Assembly: GCA_018238155.1 (NCBI GenBank)
Contig: JABCTZ010000046.1
Span: 256,001 to 320,000, forward strand
DNA length: 64,000 nt
DNA from: Candidatus Heimdallarchaeota archaeon
GTDB taxonomy: Archaea > Asgardarchaeota > Heimdallarchaeia > JABLTI01
Direction of reading: 5' to 3'
Below, piece by piece: positions 58,879-64,000 of this stretch (position 1 is its first letter; every line of letters begins with the position of its first letter). The notes beneath the pieces are model-generated. The model saw only the letters and a program-made list of their open reading frames with translations, did no database searches and was not told the DNA's origin. A program made the position numbers and the translations under genes.

Positions 58879-60231
58879 CTAAATCTTTGGTTTGATAAAT
58901 TTATTTTCCATTAAACTAAATGTCATATCTCTGGAATGTTTGATTCGCTCTTCGGCCATTTTGTAGAGTTCTTTTTCTTCCATCTCAATGCGTGCAATAC
59001 CTTGCTCAATTGCTTTCATACCAACTCGAGTAGCTTCTAATGGGTAGACTTCCCATTCACTCATTTTTGGTGTGATATAATCAGCAGATAAGCCTTTTTT
59101 AATTGCTACATCAGCAAGTGCTTGTGCTGCAGCAATACACATTTCATCAGTGATGGTTGAAGCTTGAACATCTAAAGTACCTCTAAAGATACCAGGAAAT
59201 CCTAAGCTGTTATTAACCTGGTTTGGAAAGTCACTTCGTCCTGTACCGACAACTTTTGCTCCTGCTTCTTTCGCTTCCCAAGGCCATATCTCTGGCAATG
59301 GATTTGCACAAGCAAAAACAATTGAATCTGAAGCCATTTTAGAGACCCATTCTTTCTTAATTGTACCAGGTTCTGATTTGGATGCAGAAATAAGAACATC
59401 AGCTCCATCTGTAGCATTGCCAAAATCACCAGATACACCTTCACCATTGGTTTTTTGGGCAAGATCATATTTGAAAGTGTCATAATCTTTCCCATCAATG
59501 ATATCTTTACGATCTTTTGTAAGAATACCTTTGGAATCGCACATAACTATATTCTTTGGGTTTACACCAGCGGTTTCTAACATATATGCTGTTCTTGTGT
59601 TTGCAGAACCAACACCAAGCATAGCGATTTTTACTTGATCGATCTCTTTTCCGACAAATTTTAGTGCGCCAAATACACCTGCTAAAATAACTGCAGCTGT
59701 ACCTTGAGCATCATCATGCCAAACTGGAATATCCATCTCTTTGCGTAATGTTTCAAGAATTTTGTAACATTTTGGTTTGGAAAAGTCTTCAAGATTGATA
59801 CCACCGAAAGATGGTTGTAAAAGTTTAACTGTTCTAATAATTTCATCAGGGTCTTTGGTATCTAAACAAATAGGAACAGCATCTACGCCACCTAGGTACT
59901 TGAATAATAGAGCTTTACCCTCCATAACTGGCATAGCAGCTTCTGGACCAATATCACCTAAACCTAACACTCGTGTTCCATCAGAAACGACAGCAACAGT
60001 GTTCGCCTTGTTGGTATGTTTGAATACTTCATTTTTATCAGCTTCAATTGCTTTGCATGGTGCAGCTACACCAGGAGTATACCAAATACCAAAAGCATCA
60101 AAATCCCATATTGAACATTTTGGAACGGTTTGAATCTTTCCTTGATAATAAGGATGAAGCTTCATAGCAATACCAGCTGGTGCTTTAGCCTTTTTCAATA
60201 GTTCTTCTTTAGTTACTTTTTTATCTGTCAT
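58879..60231 (-). CDS. NAD(P)-dependent malic enzyme
   Basis: YTPGVA, DGTRVLGLG, PVMEGKA, INLED, HDDAQGT, ANPLPEI, TGRSDFPNQVNN. Confidence 0.95.
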   Translation of the reverse strand: MTDKKVTKEELLKKAKAPAGIAMKLHPYYQGKIQTVPKCSIWDFDAFGIWYTPGVAAPCKAIEADKNEVFKHTNKANTVAVVSDGTRVLGLGDIGPEAAMPVMEGKALLFKYLGGVDAVPICLDTKDPDEIIRTVKLLQPSFGGINLEDFSKPKCYKILETLRKEMDIPVWHDDAQGTAAVILAGVFGALKFVGKEIDQVKIAMLGVGSANTRTAYMLETAGVNPKNIVMCDSKGILTKDRKDIIDGKDYDTFKYDLAQKTNGEGVSGDFGNATDGADVLISASKSEPGTIKKEWVSKMASDSIVFACANPLPEIWPWEAKEAGAKVVGTGRSDFPNQVNNSLGFPGIFRGTLDVQASTITDEMCIAAAQALADVAIKKGLSADYITPKMSEWEVYPLEATRVGMKAIEQGIARIEMEEKELYKMAEERIKHSRDMTFSLMENKFIKPKI

Positions 60232-60568
60232 TATTGCAACAACTTCTCAAAATAAAGTTACGTTATTTCGGGACGTTCTTATTATATAAATGATTTTGCG
60301 ATTTGACTTAAATAATCTCTATCGATAATCTACAAATAAATGGCTACTCTTTTTCTTGAAATCAAGATGAAAAAGTAATTTTCAGATTATCAAGAAAATG
60401 AGAAATAGCTAATTGAGAACAATCAACTTTGATAAGATTTCTATCCAATTAAAATACTAAACGCTTTGAATTATTCAATAAAAGACTATAGTAGCTTATT
60501 TAATATAAGTTAAATTTCAATTATTGAAATAGATAGAATTTCTATTATTAGAAAGTACAAACATAAAT

Positions 60569-63500
60569 GTGGTGAGAGATTTGGTCGAAGATCAAAATGT
60601 TAGGAGATTTATGGGAACTCAATTAGTGGAAGAAGAAATTCAAGCTTTAAAACAACTTGAGAATGAAATGAGCAATCCAGTTTTTTTGAGCATCAATATT
60701 GGAAATAAACTAGATGTTGTTATCAAAAAGGATATTAAAAGCAAAATACCTTTTTTGAAAGTTATCACCTTTAAAGTGGAAGGTAATCATGTAACAGATC
60801 TTTATATGAAAAATATTTGGGCGGATAAGATACCCAAATGTATTCTTAAGTTTAAAGAAATCAAATCTATAAGTTTGATACATTTTTCAAAATTAAAATC
60901 ATTTCCTCAAGTGATTTGTTATTTAAAAAAATTAGAAATTCTTTATTTAGAAAAGTGCTCGATAAACGATATCCCCGAAGAAATTGGTGAGCTATCAAAG
61001 TTAAAGAAAATAGTTTTTAAAAATTGCTACAAATTTAGTGAAATTCCTACCAGTTTTGCAAATTTAAAAGAGCTTTATGAATTTAAATCTTTAAACACGC
61101 TTTCAAATAATGAGCAATTTGAACAAATTTTGAAATGTAAAAATATCTCAGAATTATCAATTATTGGCAGCAAAATAGAATCAATTCCAAAATCTCTTTT
61201 CAATCTTCTAAAATTAAGATATCTCAATTTATCTTACAGTAAGATTTCAACATTACCAAGTGCTATCCGAAGGTTGACAAATTTAGAGGAATTAATTCTA
61301 AATAATACCAATTTGAAGAATATACCAGTTGGGATAGGAAATTGCACCAATTTAAGATTATTAAAACTAGATTATAATAAAATAATAAGTGTTCCTGAGA
61401 GTTTATTAAAATTGAAGAATCTTGAGGAAACTCCCACAATAAAAAAATTAAAACAACAGATAACAGGCGAAAAGAAACTAGAAACAAAGCAAGAAGAAAA
61501 AAAATCAGAAGAGAAATCTGAGAAAAGTACAGATACAAAAGTTGGTCTATACATCAAGAAATTAGTTTACAAAGATGAAATACTTGTTTTAGAAGAACTT
61601 GACAAAATGTGTGGAGATAAAATTAGTTTTTTCAAAATTGAAAATTATCACGTTACAATGTTAAGTCTGATGAGGAAAAATTACAACGCTACTCCTCAAT
61701 CATCTCTACCTGAATCAATAGGAAAGTTAGTGGAATTAAAATACTTGAATTTTAGTAAAACTACATTCTCAACCTTGCCAGACAGTATTGGAAATCTTAA
61801 GAAATTAGAGGAATTCAAATTTTCAGAGTCACACATTGAAGAACTCCCAGAGGAAATTTGTCTTTGTAAAGAAATAATGATAATGGAAGCAGAAGAAGGA
61901 AAACTAACTAAATTACCTCAGAATATTGGCAATTTAACAAAATTAACTAGCTTGATTTTGAGTAAAAATGAAATAAACGCTTTACCTGAGAGTATAGGGA
62001 AATTAAAGAACCTTGAAACTTTTCGAATAGATAAAAATCGACTCACAAACCTTCCAAAATCCTTTGCCAATCTTATTCGATTAAAGGAATGCAACTTGGA
62101 AGGAAATACAATTGAAAATATACCTGGTGGTTTTGAACATTTTTCGCAATTGGAGTCACTTCTCCTTATAGGAAATAACATAAAATTCATTTCAAGAAAA
62201 ATAGAGGATTTTGAACAGCTAAAGAAGATTGAAATTGATTATTTGCAATTGAGAGATATAACCGCCTTATTGAGAAAGGATGCTGATGCACAACAAATAT
62301 TGACCAATATTGATCAAATTGCACCAATTTATAAAGATCTTCTGTTAATAGACAAATTGCACCAATCTAAAACTTTGGTTAAAGCAAATTTTAGAAAAAT
62401 CGATATATTAGATAATCAACAATTATTTGAACCTCTTCTCAGAAAAGTAGAAGAAATTGCAAACGATGTGGAAGAATTCAGGAGAATTGATATTTCAGAT
62501 ATCAAGGAAGAGGATAAGGTATTAATTTCTTCATTAATCAAAACTATCACAGAAACTAATCCCAATTTTGTTAGAACTTTAGATGAGAATTTAGTATATA
62601 GTATATCCAAAATAGCCTTTAAAGTTAACTTGAAGAAAGAAGCTGAAGCTCTGAGTAGAGCTGTTTTGCAGAAGAACAACCAAGATGTAAATCATTTAAA
62701 ATTAATTGGTAATTTATTAAATGAGAAAAAACGCTATATTGATGAAGAAAAAGTATATTTAACAGCTCTTCACCATCACACCAATGATTTTAGAATTATT
62801 ACAAATTTAGGAAGTAATTTATTCGCACAAAATAGTAATAATGCAATCGAATCAGAAAAATTGTTTCGAAAAGCTTTAGAGATTAATCCAAAGTATAACA
62901 CTGCTTGGATTAAATTGAGTTCAATTTTGAGAACAAAAAAACAGTTGGAAGAAGCAGAAAAAGCTTGTTTACAAGCAATTCAAAATGATCAAGAGGATTA
63001 TTTTGCATGGAATGAATTGGGAAGAGTATACAAAACCTATTATGATCAATACAGGAAAAAAAGAAATGATGAAACTAGCAAAGAAAAAGTAAAGCAGTAT
63101 CAAGAGAAATTTATGGATGCATTTTGGAAATCCTTGAAAATCAAACCAGATAACCCTCAAGCATTAGCGAATATTGCTCACATACATAGTTCAAGTAATG
63201 AATTTGCCAAAGCAATTAAACTTTATAAAAAGATATTGAAAGTTCAACCTCAAAATTATGGAGCATTGATGAGCCTTTCTATTATCTATATTCAAAAGAA
63301 TGAATTCGATAATGCAGCAACAATGTGTGATGAAGCATTAAAAATTAGACCTGATACAAAGAAAAATCCAATCGTACATCTACTCTTTAGGCAAGGGTAT
63401 GTATTTGAGCCCTTAAAAGAAAATGAGCTAGGTGAATATCACAATATTAAGTTAGCTAAAAATGAAATTCAAAAACTGACTGATATAGAAGAAGTGATAG

Positions 63501-63877
63501 GAGAACCACTTGTTAGAAAAATTTGTGATAGATGGGATTTTACTCGAGTAAAAAAACACTTCTTTGAACGAATAATGGGATCACCCCAAAATGCATCTCA
63601 AGGAAAATTTGTTGAAGGACCAAATTTTGATCTAGAAGATTTTCGTATTAGCTCACTTGATTTGGGTTATTGTAATTTGAGTGATCTACCAGCAAGTATC
63701 GGAAATCTCTATAATTTGAAAAGAATAAATTTAGAGCAGAATAAACTAAAGACCTTACCTAAATCATTTTTCCATATGGAAAAATTGCAAGTTATTCGTT
63801 TAACAAACAATCCTGATTTTATTTTTGATAAGAAAACTAAAAAATTGGAACAAAAGGGATGTGAAATAATAAAATGA
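60569..63877 (+). CDS. Large LRR-LRR-TPR-LRR protein
   Basis: Three LRR blocks (LPESIGxLxxL), each preceded by a similar N-cap, with a central TPR array (A...F.KAL...P). Confidence 0.9.
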   Translation: MVRDLVEDQNVRRFMGTQLVEEEIQALKQLENEMSNPVFLSINIGNKLDVVIKKDIKSKIPFLKVITFKVEGNHVTDLYMKNIWADKIPKCILKFKEIKSISLIHFSKLKSFPQVICYLKKLEILYLEKCSINDIPEEIGELSKLKKIVFKNCYKFSEIPTSFANLKELYEFKSLNTLSNNEQFEQILKCKNISELSIIGSKIESIPKSLFNLLKLRYLNLSYSKISTLPSAIRRLTNLEELILNNTNLKNIPVGIGNCTNLRLLKLDYNKIISVPESLLKLKNLEETPTIKKLKQQITGEKKLETKQEEKKSEEKSEKSTDTKVGLYIKKLVYKDEILVLEELDKMCGDKISFFKIENYHVTMLSLMRKNYNATPQSSLPESIGKLVELKYLNFSKTTFSTLPDSIGNLKKLEEFKFSESHIEELPEEICLCKEIMIMEAEEGKLTKLPQNIGNLTKLTSLILSKNEINALPESIGKLKNLETFRIDKNRLTNLPKSFANLIRLKECNLEGNTIENIPGGFEHFSQLESLLLIGNNIKFISRKIEDFEQLKKIEIDYLQLRDITALLRKDADAQQILTNIDQIAPIYKDLLLIDKLHQSKTLVKANFRKIDILDNQQLFEPLLRKVEEIANDVEEFRRIDISDIKEEDKVLISSLIKTITETNPNFVRTLDENLVYSISKIAFKVNLKKEAEALSRAVLQKNNQDVNHLKLIGNLLNEKKRYIDEEKVYLTALHHHTNDFRIITNLGSNLFAQNSNNAIESEKLFRKALEINPKYNTAWIKLSSILRTKKQLEEAEKACLQAIQNDQEDYFAWNELGRVYKTYYDQYRKKRNDETSKEKVKQYQEKFMDAFWKSLKIKPDNPQALANIAHIHSSSNEFAKAIKLYKKILKVQPQNYGALMSLSIIYIQKNEFDNAATMCDEALKIRPDTKKNPIVHLLFRQGYVFEPLKENELGEYHNIKLAKNEIQKLTDIEEVIGEPLVRKICDRWDFTRVKKHFFERIMGSPQNASQGKFVEGPNFDLEDFRISSLDLGYCNLSDLPASIGNLYNLKRINLEQNKLKTLPKSFFHMEKLQVIRLTNNPDFIFDKKTKKLEQKGCEIIK

Positions 63878-64000
63878 ATAATGACTACGATCTAATAGAT
63901 GAAAGCAAAATCGATTCTGTAGATTATCATTTCATTCAAGATTTTAAACTCTATTTAGGAGAAAATCTACAAAAAAGGCAAATCAAAATTCAGAATGGGA

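Noticed and set aside
1-64000. tRNA, rRNA, IS elements, integrases, prophage
   Set aside because: No GC-rich structured RNA-like stretch, cloverleaf, transposase/integrase ORF or terminal inverted repeats seen by eye.

Overview
AT-rich, densely coding archaeal chromosomal segment, most likely from an Asgard archaeon (Heimdallarchaeia-like). This is an inference from the archaeal P1/L12 stalk protein, the rsmA-hemK2 pair, KaiC/RAD55-like proteins, IDLSPL-type LRR proteins, a REC-GAF-PAS hybrid kinase and several eukaryote-like proteins. It holds about 48 CDS, mostly housekeeping or transport (guaA, arcC, rsmA, hemK2, nnr, malic enzyme, aminotransferase, peptidases, ABC/MFS/CDF/DMT transporters). 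I saw no rRNA, tRNA, CRISPR array or mobile element. The main signal is a set of proteins resembling eukaryotic ER or ribosome-associated machinery. Within 51.4-57.2 kb lie a PIG-Z/Smp3/PIG-B-like GT22 mannosyltransferase, a stand-alone P1, a tandem winged-helix protein resembling a natural DDRGK1(UFBP1)-UFL1 fusion (UFM1 E3 core), a nucleotidyltransferase-KaiC pair and a CCDC47 (PAT complex)-like protein. Elsewhere there are a GPI ethanolamine-phosphate-transferase-like protein, an Elp4/Elp6-like P-loop-less RecA fold, a SIRT6/7-like sirtuin, a VMP1-like VTT protein and two LRR proteins. Features missing from the ORF track include a 5'-partial-window ABC permease, an aldo/keto-reductase gene collapsed by an in-frame internal deletion, and several palindromic operators and terminators. 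All homologies to eukaryotic proteins are by-eye motif comparisons with sequences recalled from memory and need HMM or structure confirmation.
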